A stretch of DNA of 63,230 nucleotides, counting the filler, from Octopus bimaculoides (taxonomy: Eukaryota), in assembly GCF_001194135.2 (NCBI RefSeq). It is 6 parts of 5 records of this genome, joined end to end, with 100 filler letters (N's around TTAATTAATTAA, not from the genome) between each part and the next. Parts side by side here need not be neighbours in the genome. Positions count along the whole stretch, not along the records: positions 27,040 to 43,136 come from NC_069005.1; positions 43,237 to 60,575 come from NC_068982.1; 4 more parts are not named here. One strand, 5' to 3'. The translations under genes were made by a program, and so were the position numbers. This document shows positions 35,873 to 49,370 of this stretch, piece by piece. Numbering within the stretch: position 1 is the first letter of the stretch; every line of letters begins with the position of its first letter. The notes beneath the pieces are model-generated. The model was not told the DNA's origin, made no database searches, and saw only the letters and a list, made by a program, of their open reading frames with translations.

Positions 35873-36026
35873 CAGCGTAGTTATCAAATAATGTTGGTAG
35901 ATACTCCGTGTGGAAAGTGTTATTTGTAATTCTGGCCGCTAAACACGACTTGCCAATGGCACTGTCTCCGACCAGGACACACTTTATGTTGCTTTTGTCT
36001 AAACTTTCGTCTAGTTCGGACGTCAT
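35873..36026 (-). CDS. First coding exon of a Rho-family (Cdc42/Rac-like) small GTPase
   Basis: [27 protein letters not shown]...[11 protein letters not shown]: P-loop and switch I. Start context AAAATG; phase-1 GTAAGT donor immediately after DNYA. Later exons were not found in the sequenced bases. Confidence 0.9.
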
Positions 36027-36159
36027 TTTGGGCGCTGGCTGGGTTGGTTGTAAATGATGGACCGGAATTTGTGTTGAGAGAAAGAGAAAGGCAGAGAGTG
36101 TTGTGTGTTAGAGAGAGAGAGAGTAAGTGTGTGTGTGTGTGTGTGTGTGNNNNNNNNNN

Positions 36160-36194
<35 letters not shown>

Positions 36195-36329
36195 TGTGTG
36201 TGTGGTGTAGGAGAGAGAGAGGAAGATGTGTAGAGCGGGAGTGCATGAGGGGGTAAGAGAGAGAGAGAGAGAGAGAGAGTAAAACGAAACGGATTATTTC
36301 CCTTAGTAAATAGATGAATGAGTCAATGA

Positions 36330-37578
36330 ATAAAAAAAGAATAAAAAGGAAAAAATAAATAGGAAGATAAATTAAAACATCTGAAAGAGAGGAAGGGAGA
36401 GAGAGAGAGAGAGAGAAAAAAAGAAAGAACGAAGAGATATATTAGATAGAGACAGACAGACAGGCAAATAGATAGAGAGGTAGATAGATAGATAGATAGA
36501 TAGACAGATGGATGGATAGATGGATATATATTGAGAGATATAGAGATAGAGAGACAGAGAAAGTAAGGGGGAGATGGACTGACAGACAGATAACCAGAGA
36601 GAGCGAGAGAGAGAGAAAGAAAGTCAGATAGACAGGCAGGCAGGCAGGCAGACAGGCAGGTAGGCAGGCAGACAGACAGAGACAAAGGGAGGGACAGAAA
36701 GACAGATAGACAGACTGGAAGAGTGATAGAAAGACAGATGTAGTCAGAGATAGAGAGAGAGAGAAGTAGATGGATAGACAGGTACAGAGATAGGGAGGGA
36801 GGAAAAGAGACAGTCAGCAGAGAAAGAGAGAGAGAGAGGAAGACANNNNNNNNNNNNNNNNNNNNNNNNNNNNNNNNNNNNNNNNNNNNNNNNNNNNNNN
36901 NNNNNNNNNNNNNNNNNNNNNNNNNNNNNNNNNNNNNNNNNNNNNNNNNNNNNNNNNNNNNNNNNNNNNNNNNNNNNNNNNNNNNNNNNNNNNNNNNNNN
37001 NNNNNNNNNNNNNNNNNNNNNNNNNNNNNNNNNNNNNNNNNNNNNNNNNNNNNNNNNNNNNNNNNNNNNNNNNNNNNNNNNNNNNNNNNNNNNNNNNNNN
37101 NNNNNNNNNNNNNNNNNNNNNNNNNNNNNNNNNNNNNNNNNNNNNNNNNNNNNNNNNNNNNNNNNNNNNNNNNNNNNNNNNNNNNNNNNNNNNNNNNNNN
37201 NNNNNNNNNNNNNNNNNNNNNNNNNNNNNNNNNNNNNNNNNNNNNNNNNNNNNNNNNNNNNNNNNNNNNNNNNNNNNNNNNNNNNNNNNNNNNNNNNNNN
37301 NNNNNNNNNNNNNNNNNNNNNNNNNNNNNNNNNNNNNNNNNNNNNNNNNNNNNNNNNNNNNNNNNNNNNNNNNNNNNNNNNNNNNNNNNNNNNNNNNNNN
37401 NNNNNNNNNNNNNNNNNNNNNNNNNNNNNNNNNNNNNNNNNNNNNNNNNNNNNNNNNNNNNNNNNNNNNNNNNNNNNNNNNNNNNNNNNNNNNNNNNNNN
37501 NNNNNNNNNNNNNNNNNNNNNNNNNNNNNNNNNNNNNNNNNNNNNNNNNNNNNNNNNNNNNNNNNNNNNNNNNNAGAG

Positions 37579-37613
<35 letters not shown>

Positions 37614-37696
37614 CAGGTAGGAAGGTAGGTAGATAGATAGATAGATAACTTTCTTTTATTAGCCACACAAGGCTGCACACAGACAGATAGACAGAC

Positions 37697-37736
<40 letters not shown>

Positions 37737-37760
37737 TGACAGATACATACATACATATAT
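36330..37760 (+). repeat. (GA)n/(GATA)n/(GACA)n microsatellite block around a gap
   Basis: Direct reading. Confidence 0.85.
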
Positions 37761-37824
37761 AGGTACGTACAGATGCGTGTTTGTGTACATGCGTGTAAAT
37801 ATGTAATGCTTGTGTGTGTTGGTG

Positions 37825-38070
37825 TTGAGGCACGTGGTTCGGTGACTACAGTTATAGGGTTACGATCATTAGGTTGTGAGTTCGATACCCAGGTTAGGGA
37901 ACCAAATGAGTACCAGCGGCAGGGCAGTGGAAAAATTAATTCTATGACTGACTGGCGTCCGTTCAGAAGCGAAGAGTATCTTGTAGTGTCCATTGCCTCA
38001 TAGATCCAAGTAAACTCCAGGTTTGTAGGTTCAAGACAGTTTTTAACTCTATATGTGTGTCTGGGAGAGT
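37825..38070 (+). mobile_element. Degenerate tRNA-headed SINE
   Basis: GAGGCACGTGGTTCGGTG...GAGTTCGATACCC A/B-box-like head. Confidence 0.45.
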
Positions 38071-38457
38071 GTGTTTCGTAGATCAATACATGAATGCATT
38101 TTGACATATGTATTGATAGATCAATATGTGAATACATACATATGGTGTGTGTGTGTGTGTGTGTATTCTGAATCGGCTCTCGAGTTACTTGTAACTTCTG
38201 ATTATTAAAATTATATAAATACATACGTATATATAGTCTAAGAATCTACATCAGAAAAGAATGCATTCGTATATTTGTCAGTAGAATGGATGTATCAATC
38301 TGAGTCGCTATTTGTTTTGTTTTTGTTGTTTCATAACTGTCGTCTCAGAAGAGCACGCGGTATTACTCAACCGTTCCGATAGCTAACATCCGGTTTTAGT
38401 ACCGAATGCGAAACTAATTGGTAATTGGTAATGGTTTTGTAATACTGTATATTGTGA

Positions 38458-38493
<36 letters not shown>

Positions 38494-40739
38494 CAGAGTA
38501 GATACAATTTTAGAAACGTAACAAGAAAAAATAGTTTTATTTGTCCCTTAGCAGAAAATGGGATCAATGTATCAGTCTAACTAGTTTCAAGTCCTTTTTG
38601 TTTTCATTGATAGGTGGGGAGAGAGAAGAGCAATGCCCATGGCCCTTGCAGGCGCCTTTACCCCACCCATCAGCCCCGCCTCCGGCCGGTAAGATTGCTG
38701 TCTTTAATGTTCCTGTTGGAGGTTTGTCAGCCAACACCGACGGGAAAGACATGAAGGGGGGGAATGCCAGTGGGATTGTATTCAGGGAAAGAAGGATTGG
38801 GTGTAGGGATCAATATGTAGTCTTGAAGCAGGGTAGACACAACTGTCGACTTAAGCCCTGATGTGCGTAAAGTAATAAACCTTTGAGAAACATATTCTCG
38901 TCTCTACTAGTTTGTTTGTGTATAGCTCAGCAAAGCTATAAGAAGAACTCTGAAACATGTTGTCAATAACTGTCCAAAGACCCCGGGGTGAGGGGACCTA
39001 ATACTGGAGGCATGACCAGACCCTGAAGCTAGTAGCAGAGAGCACCTGCAACGGGATTAGCTATTCCAAGCACCTCTGCTCGACGAAAAAAGTTAACAAG
39101 GTTGTCAAGGTTAGTGTGAAGAAGATGCCAGATCCACCGCTCCCAGATTCACTTTGTAACAGCACGTGACAGCGAGCCGAAAGTTGATCTGAGGAAGTTA
39201 GCTGAAGTCCCTTGAAACTGTCGCCTCAACATAACTAAGATTAGACATGAATGCGTGTTTGTGTGTGTGTGTGTGCGCGCATGCGTAAGATTCCTAGCCT
39301 TGTGCAGTGAATCAGCAATATCGGGAAGAAGGAAATTAGTTTAAATATCTCGGAACTTTTATAGAAATACGATAATGGGATGGGCATTAATCATAAGAAG
39401 CCGAACTTGATGAAAACATTAAGAAAGCTAATGAAATTCAAGGAATACTTTCAAGTGTGTAGAAACCACAATTTGGCTGTCTGTACGATTTATGGGGAGG
39501 TCTTTAAACGGCGTCCGGTGACGAGAATCCAGTTCAGGAGTTCTGGGATTATGGCGAGCGTGGAATCACGTCTTGATTACCGTTACTCCCAGGTCCATTT
39601 TGACCTTCGATGGTAGTACTTCTCAGGGTTAAATAGGTTTATCGGGGGTTTAGGAGGTTCCGATTATGTTTGACAAAGCTCTGAGGAAGGAACTTGTTCT
39701 ATGGCAACCGACTGAATGCCGAAAGTGTTGTACAGGCTTTTTGTCACTTAAATCCAATGGTGTTCGGGTGTCTCACTATTATCTCATTTCGTCATCCGTT
39801 TTGTATTTTTTTAAAGTTCGATGGCGATGGATATCTGCGCACGTGCAAGGATGAAAGTTACTCAGAACAATCGATTATTATCGGAGAAGATGAGGCAATC
39901 ATCATATATAAAACTGCTGCTTCTCTGGCTGTTACCACTAGAGTAGTGGTTCATATGGGTTCTGAGGGTCCGTATAAAAGTTTTGGGGGTTCGCTAAAGT
40001 AAACAAAATTAAAAATTTAAATTGGGTGGGTGGGGGTTAAATTTAAAAAAAAAAATTCCGACATCTAAAACGTAAGAATCCGAAAATTTTTTTCAAAAAC
40101 ATGCATTTTTCAAGGAGAGGTGCGAAATTGCAGTAGCCCCCGATTTGTCAAATATGGTTAGATGTTTTGGGAAGCCAATCACACCGATCTTGACCTCTTG
40201 TACAAAACGGAGGTCACGCAGTGAGGTACTATATATATGTGTGTGTGTGTGTATCTATTTATATATGAGTATGTGTGTGTGTGTGTGTGTATATATATTT
40301 TAATGGATGAATGTGAGTTCGTCCTTTAATTGGAGTAATTTCCAAAGATTTCTAACAGTTTCTTCATCCTTTACTATTGCATTTTCTAACGTAAATTTGT
40401 ACAGGTATGAAAACTTATACAGGAATAATCAGTATACGATCTAACTTAAGCTAGGCATGACTCCAAGAACTAACGCATTATGATTACTAAGGGAAAATCT
40501 ATGTACTTCTAACGTCTTTTTTAGTTTTTATCCCAACTACCAACGAGTACGAATTTGACTTTCCGATTTTCTATTATGAATAGCTGAGTCTTTTTGTACG
40601 AAACAAATTGTATAGCAACATGAATAATAAAAACTATAACCTATTTTAGCATCTTATCTCCTCCATTACATAAATATGAACGAATTTGTTGAATTGTGTT
40701 TAATTAGTTAAATCATATACCGATTAATTATATATATAT

Positions 40740-40919
40740 ATTCTTTTATTCTATTTTATTTGTTTCAGTCATTTGACTGTGGCCTTGCTGGAGCATCACC
40801 TTTAGTCGAACAGATCGACCCCAGGACTTATTCTATCGGTCTGTTTTGCCGAACTGCTAAGTTACGGGGACGTAGACACACCAACAGATGGATTGTGGTT
40901 CACTTCAGCTGTTTCATGT

Positions 40920-40961
<42 letters not shown>

Positions 40962-40963
40962 AC

Positions 40964-41003
<40 letters not shown>

Positions 41004-41270
41004 CATACAGCTGGGTGTGGTAGAATGCATGTATGTATGTACGCATGTTTATCTGTGTGTCTTTCTGTTTATTCCCACACCATTGCTCAACAGCTGCTGT
41101 TGGTTTGTTTACGTCCCTGTAATCTAGCAGTTCAGCAAAAGGAGACCAATAGAACGAATACCAAGCTTAAAAATAAAAGCAGTATTAGGGTTGATTTGTT
41201 TGACTAAACATTTCAATGTGGTGCCCCAGCATGGTCACAGCCTAATGACTGAAACAAGTAGAAAATATAA
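40740..41270. mobile_element. SINE family A 3' halves in opposite orientations (~40740-40880 minus, ~41060-41270 plus) joined by a TA/TG microsatellite
   Basis: TTTCAGTCATTTGACTGTGGCC...GCTGGAGCA and CCAGCATGGTCACAGCCTAATGACTGAAACAAG. Confidence 0.75.
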
Positions 41271-41484
41271 AACTGTAATTAGTTTAATTAAGATTACTTT
41301 ATGGTTATAAAGTGCACAATAAAATGCTAATTAAATCAATTTAGGTAATCTCATTTTTATGTTAATAAAATTTACTATAAAACAGTAATTGAAGTTATTT
41401 TAATTAACCTTAGTGTTTTATGTGTATAAAATATACTATGAGATGTTATTTGAGAGATTTTTTGTTGACAAAAGAGCATCTTAT

Positions 41485-41644
41485 ATGCCATTGTGTGGGA
41501 AGAAGCTTGCTTCCCCTTCCCAACCACATGGTTCAAGGTTCAGTCCCACTACATGGCACCTTGGGCATGTGTCTTCTACCTCTAGCCGGGGGGGGCTGAC
41601 CAAAGCCTTGTGAGTGGATTTGGTAAACGGAAACTGAAAGAAAC

Positions 41645-41710
<66 letters not shown>

Positions 41711-41910
41711 TGTGTGTATATTTTTGTGCCTGTTTATATTCTCCTATCACTGCTTGACAACCAGTGTTGGTGTGTTTACATCCCTGTGCTTTCGAATATA
41801 TGAACTACTGATGATGTATAAGCACCAGGCATTAAAAAAAGAGATTTGCGGTTAGTTCTTGACGTTGGTGCTCCAGCATGGCCACAGTCTAATGACTGAA
41901 ACAACTATGA
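41485..41910 (+). mobile_element. SINE family A
   Basis: Head, core, central (TA)n and 3' end all present. Confidence 0.8.
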
Positions 41911-41964
41911 AATAAAGGGTGAAGCTAATCTCCATGGTCAGCCTCCTACAAACCCATTTACAAA

Positions 41965-42300
41965 AAGTTTAGTGTGTGTGTGTGTGTGTGTGCGTGTGTG
42001 TGTGTTTGTGTACGGGTGCGTGTGCATGCATGTGTGTGTGCATATGCTTGTGGGTGTGTATATCTGCATATGTGTGTGTGTATATGTGTGGTATGTGTGT
42101 ATATATGCATGCATGCTTGTGTGTGTGTATATGTGTATGTATGTGTGCACGTGTGTGTATATGTGTATGCGTGCATGTATGTGTATGCATGTATATATGT
42201 GCTTGTGTATGTATATGACAGAGAGAGAGAGGATGCTTGCTTGCCGTGAGGGTGTATATGTGTGTGTGTATACATGTGTGAGAGTGTGTATGTGTATGAC
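41965..42300 (+). repeat. (TG/TA) compound microsatellite
   Basis: Direct reading. Confidence 0.9.
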
Positions 42301-43070
42301 GTATTGTTGTTTGACTCGTTATTAACTTTGATTACGTGAATCTATGATGAAAGACAGTCCAGCCGAGGCCACCATGTCATTTTTAAAGAAATTAGATTGT
42401 GGTTCAATGGAGATTTAGCTGCTATTTCTAACAGGCCAGGCGATGGCACACACTCTAACATTCACCCGTTCTCTTTGTCTCATATGCATACACGTATGCA
42501 TGCCTCTCTGTCTGTGTGTCTGTCTCCCCATTGTTCGACCCCCAGTTCAGCCCTGATCAAACAGACTGCACAACCAATTAAAGTTATTATTCCCCATTCC
42601 AGCTGTGACCATCCTGTCGTTTTACCTAAACGCCAAAGGATCTGTTAATCCACTGACCACATCATCTAACCTGTGACTTCCCTGTTCCTGTCTTTTTTCT
42701 TTTCCTCCTTCCATTTGCAAAGAGATCTTCTGGATATTTCTAGCAGACAAAGAGGCCCGCTTGGAGCCCCTTCACCACCACCACCACTATCTCATTGGCC
42801 CCTATGTGTGTATCAAGGTCTGTGTGTGTCGGGTGCACCATCCTAACTATGCGAACAATCAGTACAGTGTTAAGGGCGGTATTTTAAAAGTTGGAGATAA
42901 TACAGTTAGCAGCTGTTTCAAGGTTGATATGATCTTTGCTGAAATCATTCTCTCTTGGTGTGTATGTATATATATATATATATATATATGTATATAGATT
43001 TATATATATAATATATGTATTTTATATATGTGTGTGCGTGTGTGTGTGTGTGTAAATAATAATATATATA

Positions 43071-43112
<42 letters not shown>

Positions 43113-44782
43113 TGTAAACACACACACATATATATGNNNNNNNNNNNNNNNNNNNNNNNNNNNNNNNNNNNNNNNNNNNNTTAATTAATTAANNNNNNNN
43201 NNNNNNNNNNNNNNNNNNNNNNNNNNNNNNNNNNNNATATATATATATATATATATATATAAATATATACACATCCATACACATATATTATTTGTATGCG
43301 TGTGTAAGTGTGTGTGTATATATATTATCTGTATATGTTATATATGTAATATAAACATATCTGTGAATTTATGTGTATCCATATAGATAAATATATATAT
43401 GCAAATATATCATATGTATATATATTTTATAAATAACAATGCGTAAGTATTGTTAGATAAGTAAATTTCTTTACTTTTTCTCTGTCTTACACATAGCCAG
43501 CAGCTATGTAAATTAATTACGGTGGCAACAGCTATAATTTCCTAACTTAATTGCGGATACAACCTACACTTGTATTGTAAATTCCAATATGTTTTTCTTA
43601 CCTGAAATACTAGTTTTAACATCCATTTAGTTTCTTCGTATTTGTGTAAATAATATTCTTTAAACATGAAAACAGTGCGAAGGAAAATATTGCATTTAAG
43701 CATAATATTTACCTTCTCAGTAATAATTAGGGAAATGTAAAAATTCAGCTCATTTGCGACCGTAATGAACAGTATTATTATATTTCTCGGAAGCCGGCCA
43801 TATTGTTTTGTATTTTATACTTAGAAATAAAAGGAAGATAGCAGACGTTCTTCCTATCTCACATATTAGTTTATTGTATGATAATTTTGCAAGGTCTAAT
43901 ATATGATATGTTATCTTCATTCCATGTTTTTCATCGCCAGCTACTACTTTTTAAAAAATCAGTATATGTATTATACGACAAAACTTCAGCGGTTCGATTC
44001 ATATATGAATCACGTTTTGTAGTAAGAAGCATTCCACACAGAAACTTAGGCTGGGCGAATCACTGAATGAAGTACATACAGAATGAAAGAACTATGCTTG
44101 GATGTCAGAAGGTACCATGCTTATCGCAGTTTAGAGCTGTAAGCTCTTTATAGTAGTGTAAAGTCAACAGTTTTTCGTTAACTTGCAATCTTCGTTTATC
44201 TCTTGGTTGCTATCATGTATCAACAGCACAAATGAATGTTAGAAGAAAAACATTTATCCTATTGAGAAGATAAATATATTCAGACCAATATACGTTCACC
44301 TCCAGGGATTTCATACAAATTATTATAAGTGAACATCATTATTTGTATTTTTGATTCTGAAAAATAGTTCTTCTATATAATTTTTGCATTTATTGTTTTG
44401 AAGAAAAATGCGTTACTAGACCAAAGAACGTACATATGCGAACTGTTGATTTTTTGTATATTTATAAGCTGATTTCGCTTACAGGCTGATCTAGCTTGAT
44501 TATATTATTGCAAATAAAAGTATATCTATTTTCTCTATGAAATCCTTTGATAACGATAATTAATATTGATTTTAGCATGTATGTAATCCCTGACGTAACT
44601 ATATTTTTGTTCAAAAATTCCGGACGGCTTTCGTTGTTTGATTGCAAATTTAATCTTGATTTAAAATACGTATTTTAATACATATTGTGGTATGTAAAGA
44701 TTAACATTCTCCAGCCTGACCAGAACAAAGAAAACAAGAGAAATCAGAAATATATCACTACATTGATTTTGAAAAGAATCGA

Positions 44783-44825
<43 letters not shown>

Positions 44826-45017
44826 GACAGAAAGATAAATAGATATAGTTATAGATAAAGATATATAGACAGAGATAAAACTATAGAGAGAAATGTATGT
44901 ATATATATATATATATATATATATAAATATATATTTATATATACACACACATATATATATATGTATATATGTATATATATATCTATATATGTGTATATAT
45001 GCATTCACACACACACA

Positions 45018-45059
<42 letters not shown>

Positions 45060-45328
45060 AAGTGACTGAGGGCGCTATTGAGCATCAGCATTGCTAGAAA
45101 TAAGAGTCAAAACAGCCCAGAGCTCCAGTAAGGCACCATCTTATTTACTGACAAGGGAGGCAAGCTCCCGAAGAACCTGGCGTAGCCAGATTACCAGTGA
45201 TTTCGCATTTACATTAATGCTCGCCAGTACCTCTCACTGGCGCCTTGGGTTAAATTCAAATCGCTTTGTCAGCTTATAAGATCACCGTAGAAATCATACG
45301 CTGATTTCTTAAATGGTAATGATGTAAA

Positions 45329-46264
45329 TCTTACTATAATGGGAGTTATGTCTATCTGTCTGTTCCTTTTTCACGGTCAATTGCCTGGACCAATGGTCAC
45401 GATGTTTTTCGGGATAACGAAGGAGGCAACCAGGAAGGTTTTAACGAAGAAACATCTGAAAAAATATGGTTACTGAGTTTTGTATTAATAAATCATCAAA
45501 ATTTTTTTTTTTTTTGTTAAAATTCCGGTGACGAGTATTAACACTGGATTCCACCCCAGCGCACCGTATAGTTCGTGAATTTAAAGGGTTTAGATTTATG
45601 ATACTGTTCCTTTATTTCCTATCGTAGATGGACGGGTTCCTAAAGATTCTGCTCGCGCCTACATTGCAAACAAGGCACAAGGTCAGACTTTAGAACGTGT
45701 GCATGCATTTTTACCCTCTCCGATGTTTACACACAACCAGTTATATGTCGCAATGCGTAGATAATTTGAAAATTAGTGTCGGCCAAACAGAAAACATAGT
45801 CTTCAAAGAAGTTTTGTAATCATATTGATACTATCGAAAGGAATATGATTCATAATTTAATAAAGATATTTGTGAACTTTGAATGTACAAATGTATAAAC
45901 AAGCGTAAAATAGTGTAAATAGCTAAATCAAAAATACATCTAAATAACATTTTTTTCTTAATATCTTTTAAGTAGAGGTTGAAGGAAGCTCTAGCTTTCG
46001 TTAGGTGTGGTTCACATCACGATTCATGATACAGAGGCTGGAAGCCAATTTCAGTTCCGGTGTGAACCGTCATCATATGTCCCTTAGTCGCAAACACACG
46101 TCATATAGCTGCAATAGAATGCTGTATAACCAAGAATAATATGATTTCTCCAAGACATCACCCTGTAATCTATTAAGTCCATTTACACATTTCTCAATAC
46201 ATTCTGCTGTTATGACTTCTCTCCCTCATGTTATGCCTCCTTCGTAGATAGGTAGATTTGCTAG
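45329..46264 (+). mobile_element. Non-autonomous Helitron with a remnant of the RepHel helicase C-terminus
   Basis: A|TC 5' end (45328/45329) and CTAG|T 3' end (46261-46265). Internal ~45630-45820 translates ...YIANKAQGQTLERVHAFLPSPMFTHNQLYVAMRR...TENIVFKEVL*, resembling the PIF1-like motifs NKAQGQT and HGQLYVA. Confidence 0.75.
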
Positions 46265-46347
46265 TTATAAATAATAAGGGAGGTTTGTTAGCAATTTTTC
46301 AGCCGAAAGGCAAAAATATTCAGCACCAGTATTGCTAGAAATAAGTA

Positions 46348-46422
<75 letters not shown>

Positions 46423-46689
46423 CTCCCTGGAAGGTTTATGAATGGCCGAACAGAAACGTCAGCCTACACAGTTAGTGGTCTCCTGGTCTGACATTGACCA
46501 GAAACGTCTCTCAGTTAATCGCTAAACAATCTGAAGTTTTGCGGTGACTGCTTGGCGGTCACCGCTTTCGTATGATCGTTGACTTCTTTCTACAAAACGC
46601 ACAATAAAACCCTATTAAGATCATTCAGTTCAGAATAAGGCGTCGATGATTTTTACAATTATCAACTATTTTTACCTTTAATAGACTCT

Positions 46690-47132
46690 CTCTCTTTTAC
46701 TCTTTTACTTGTTTCAGTCATTTGACTGCGGCCATGCTGGAGCACCGCCTTTAGTCGAACAAATCGACCGCAGGACTTATTCTTTGTAAGCCTAGTACTT
46801 ATTCTATTGGTTTCTTTTGCCGAACCGCTAAGTTATGGGGAAGTAAACGCACCAGCATCAGTTGTCAAGCGATGTTGGGGGAACAAACACAGACACACAA
46901 ACACACACACATATATACATCGCCATGATAGATCGCTGAACACTACATTTATATTTTATTTCTCCTTGTTTCTTTCTGTATTCCTTTCAGTTGAAGAGCA
47001 TAGGATCGAAACGTCAAATATTTTCTCTATTCCCGAGCGTTAAACTAATACATCCATTTGTTGTTTACACCACCTGTCTTCGTCTGTTGTTTTTTCGTAA
47101 ATTCTCCCATACACACACACGCACACACATAG

Positions 47133-47166
<34 letters not shown>

Positions 47167-47350
47167 GTGTATATATATACATTTATATATACGACAGACT
47201 TCTTTCAGTTTTCGTCTACGAAATCCACTCAGAAGGCGTTGGTCAGCCCGAGACTATATTAGAAGACACTTGCCCAAGGTGCCATGCAGTGGGACTGAAC
47301 ACAGAACCATGTGGTTGGTAAGCAAGCTACTTACCACACAGCCACTCTTG
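46690..47350 (-). mobile_element. SINE family A (minus) split at its microsatellite by a hammerhead family 3 element (~46925-47105, plus)
   Basis: 3' half at 46690-46900 and 5' half at 47185-47350; the insert contains TTCCTTT-CAGTTGA-AGAGCATAGGATC-GAAACGTC. Confidence 0.7.
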
Positions 47351-47488
47351 CTCGGAACGTAATATAAAAGATTCATCTCGAAATGTGATGATTCAGTAAT
47401 AAAAAAAAAATTGTATACATATCCATATTTACAATGAGTTTGCATTTGAAAGAAGAGTCGCGATCTCCCTTTCCTGGTATTCTCATAC

Positions 47489-47527
<39 letters not shown>

Positions 47528-47929
47528 TGCCATCTGATACACACATGCACACACACAAATTTATATACATTTACTCATAGAAGGTAGAAAGTAATATGCG
47601 CACATACAAGTTTAAACGCGTGTATGTGTATCTGTGTGTGTTCATGCGTCATGTCTGTACGTCTACCTTTGTGCTTTATTGGAAGTGTTCATTAATCCAC
47701 ACGAGGAGACGAACATTTCCCGAGGATAAGGAAACGCTTGAAATTTTTGTTTAAATTTCATAAAAGAACTCGTGTCTCTTCTCTGATGCAAAATATAGTT
47801 GATTATGTAAATAACACACAACGCCGCTGACAACCTTTAACAGTAATAACAGTTAAGATGAATGCGATGATGACGACGATAACGCAGCCGCTGTTACTAT
47901 TAATGCTGCTGCTACTTCTACAACAACAA

Positions 47930-48002
47930 CTACCACCACCACCACCACCACCACCACCACCACCACCACCACCANNNNNNNNNNNNNNNNNNNNNNNNNN
48001 NN

Positions 48003-48058
<56 letters not shown>

Positions 48059-48125
48059 AAAGTAATAATAATGATAATAATAATAATCATAATAATAATG
48101 ATAATGAAGATGATGATAATGATGG
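47930..48125 (+). repeat. Compound trinucleotide microsatellite (CCA)n-gap-(CTA)n-(AAT)n-(GAT)n
   Basis: Direct reading. Confidence 0.9.
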
Positions 48126-48134
48126 TTTCAAATT

Positions 48135-48350
48135 GTGAGCAAGGCTAGCAATTTCGAGGCTGGGGCAAGTCGATTACGTCGACCCCCCACCCCTGTGTTG
48201 TGCTCAACGGGTGCTTATTTTATCAACTCCAAGAGGAAGCAAGGCAAAGTCGACCTCAGCGGCATTTGAACTCAGAACGTTAAGACAGGCGAAAAATACC
48301 GCTGAGTATTGTGCGCGGCGTGCAAACGATTCTGGCAACTCACCGCCTTA
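48135..48350 (-). mobile_element. SINE family B
   Basis: GGCGGTGAGTTGCCAGAATCGTTTGCACGCCG head on the minus strand. Confidence 0.7.
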
Positions 48351-48659
48351 ATAATAATGTTAACAACAATAATGATGATGATGATTGTGATGACGACGAC
48401 GATGACGACGTTGACGATGATGATGATGATGCTGATGGTGATATAATATAAATTATGAACTTCCAAGCAATTCTGATGCACACATTCCATTCAATTCTGA
48501 TGAGACGCCCAAATGAAACCGTGTAGTGTAAAGTTCAGTACAGTTACAGCGACCAACAATGCCAGCATGTCTACTGTCCACATTCATTAGCAGCAGTACC
48601 ACTAGCATCACCACTATCACCACCACCACCACCACCACCACCACCACCACCACCATATG

Positions 48660-49370
48660 TTTACGCGTCTGTGTTTGTCCCCCCACCATCACCATATGTT
48701 TATGTGTCTGTGTTTGTTCCCCCAGTATCGCTTGACAACCGATGCTGGTGTGTTTACGTCCCCGTAACATTAGCGGTTCGGCAAAAAAGACCGATAGAAT
48801 AACTACTAGGCTTACAAATAATAAGTCCTCGGGTCGATTTGCTCCAGTAAAGACGGTGCTCCAGCATGGCCGCAGTCAAATGACTGAAACAAGTAAAAGA
48901 GTAAAAGAGTATGTATATAGTTGAAATTTATAGAAATCAAAAGACGAAGACGGGTGTATGAACAACAAGCAAGTGTATTACTTTGACACTCGGAACAATG
49001 AAAATGTCTTTTTACGTTTCGAGCTTCAACAGAAAGGAATACGAGAAAATAAACAGAGAGAGAATGAAACAAAACTTGTAAATATAGCGGTCAACCATGG
49101 CGAATGTAAATATATATGTGTGTTCGTGTGTATGTGTTTGTATGTGTGTGCGTGTGTGACTTTGTGCTTGTGTTTGTTCTCTACCAGCGTTTGACAACCG
49201 GTACTGGTGTATTTACGTACTCGTAGTATAGCGGTTCGGCAACAGAAACCGACAGAATAAGTACCAGGCTTAAATGAAATAAGTACTGGGGTCGATTCGT
49301 TCGACTGAAATTCTTCAACGTTGAGCCCCAGCTTGGCCGCAGCCTACTGACTGAAGAAGGAAAAGATAAA
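48660..49370. mobile_element. Two SINE family A 3' halves (plus) sandwiching a hammerhead family 3 element (minus, ~48915-49100)
   Basis: Family A ends at ~48905 and ~49370; CTCGTATTCCTTT-CTGTTGA-AGCTC-GAAACGTA-AAAAG on the minus strand at ~49006-49045. Confidence 0.7.

Noticed and set aside
38540-38956. Solo-LTR-like segment with AATAAA and a terminal ACA
   Set aside because: No matching TSD or clear TG start could be identified.
41938-42325. Many ORFs of HT/CV/YI/LS repeats here and across the window, including those in the 61-63 kb satellite
   Set aside because: Translations of microsatellites.
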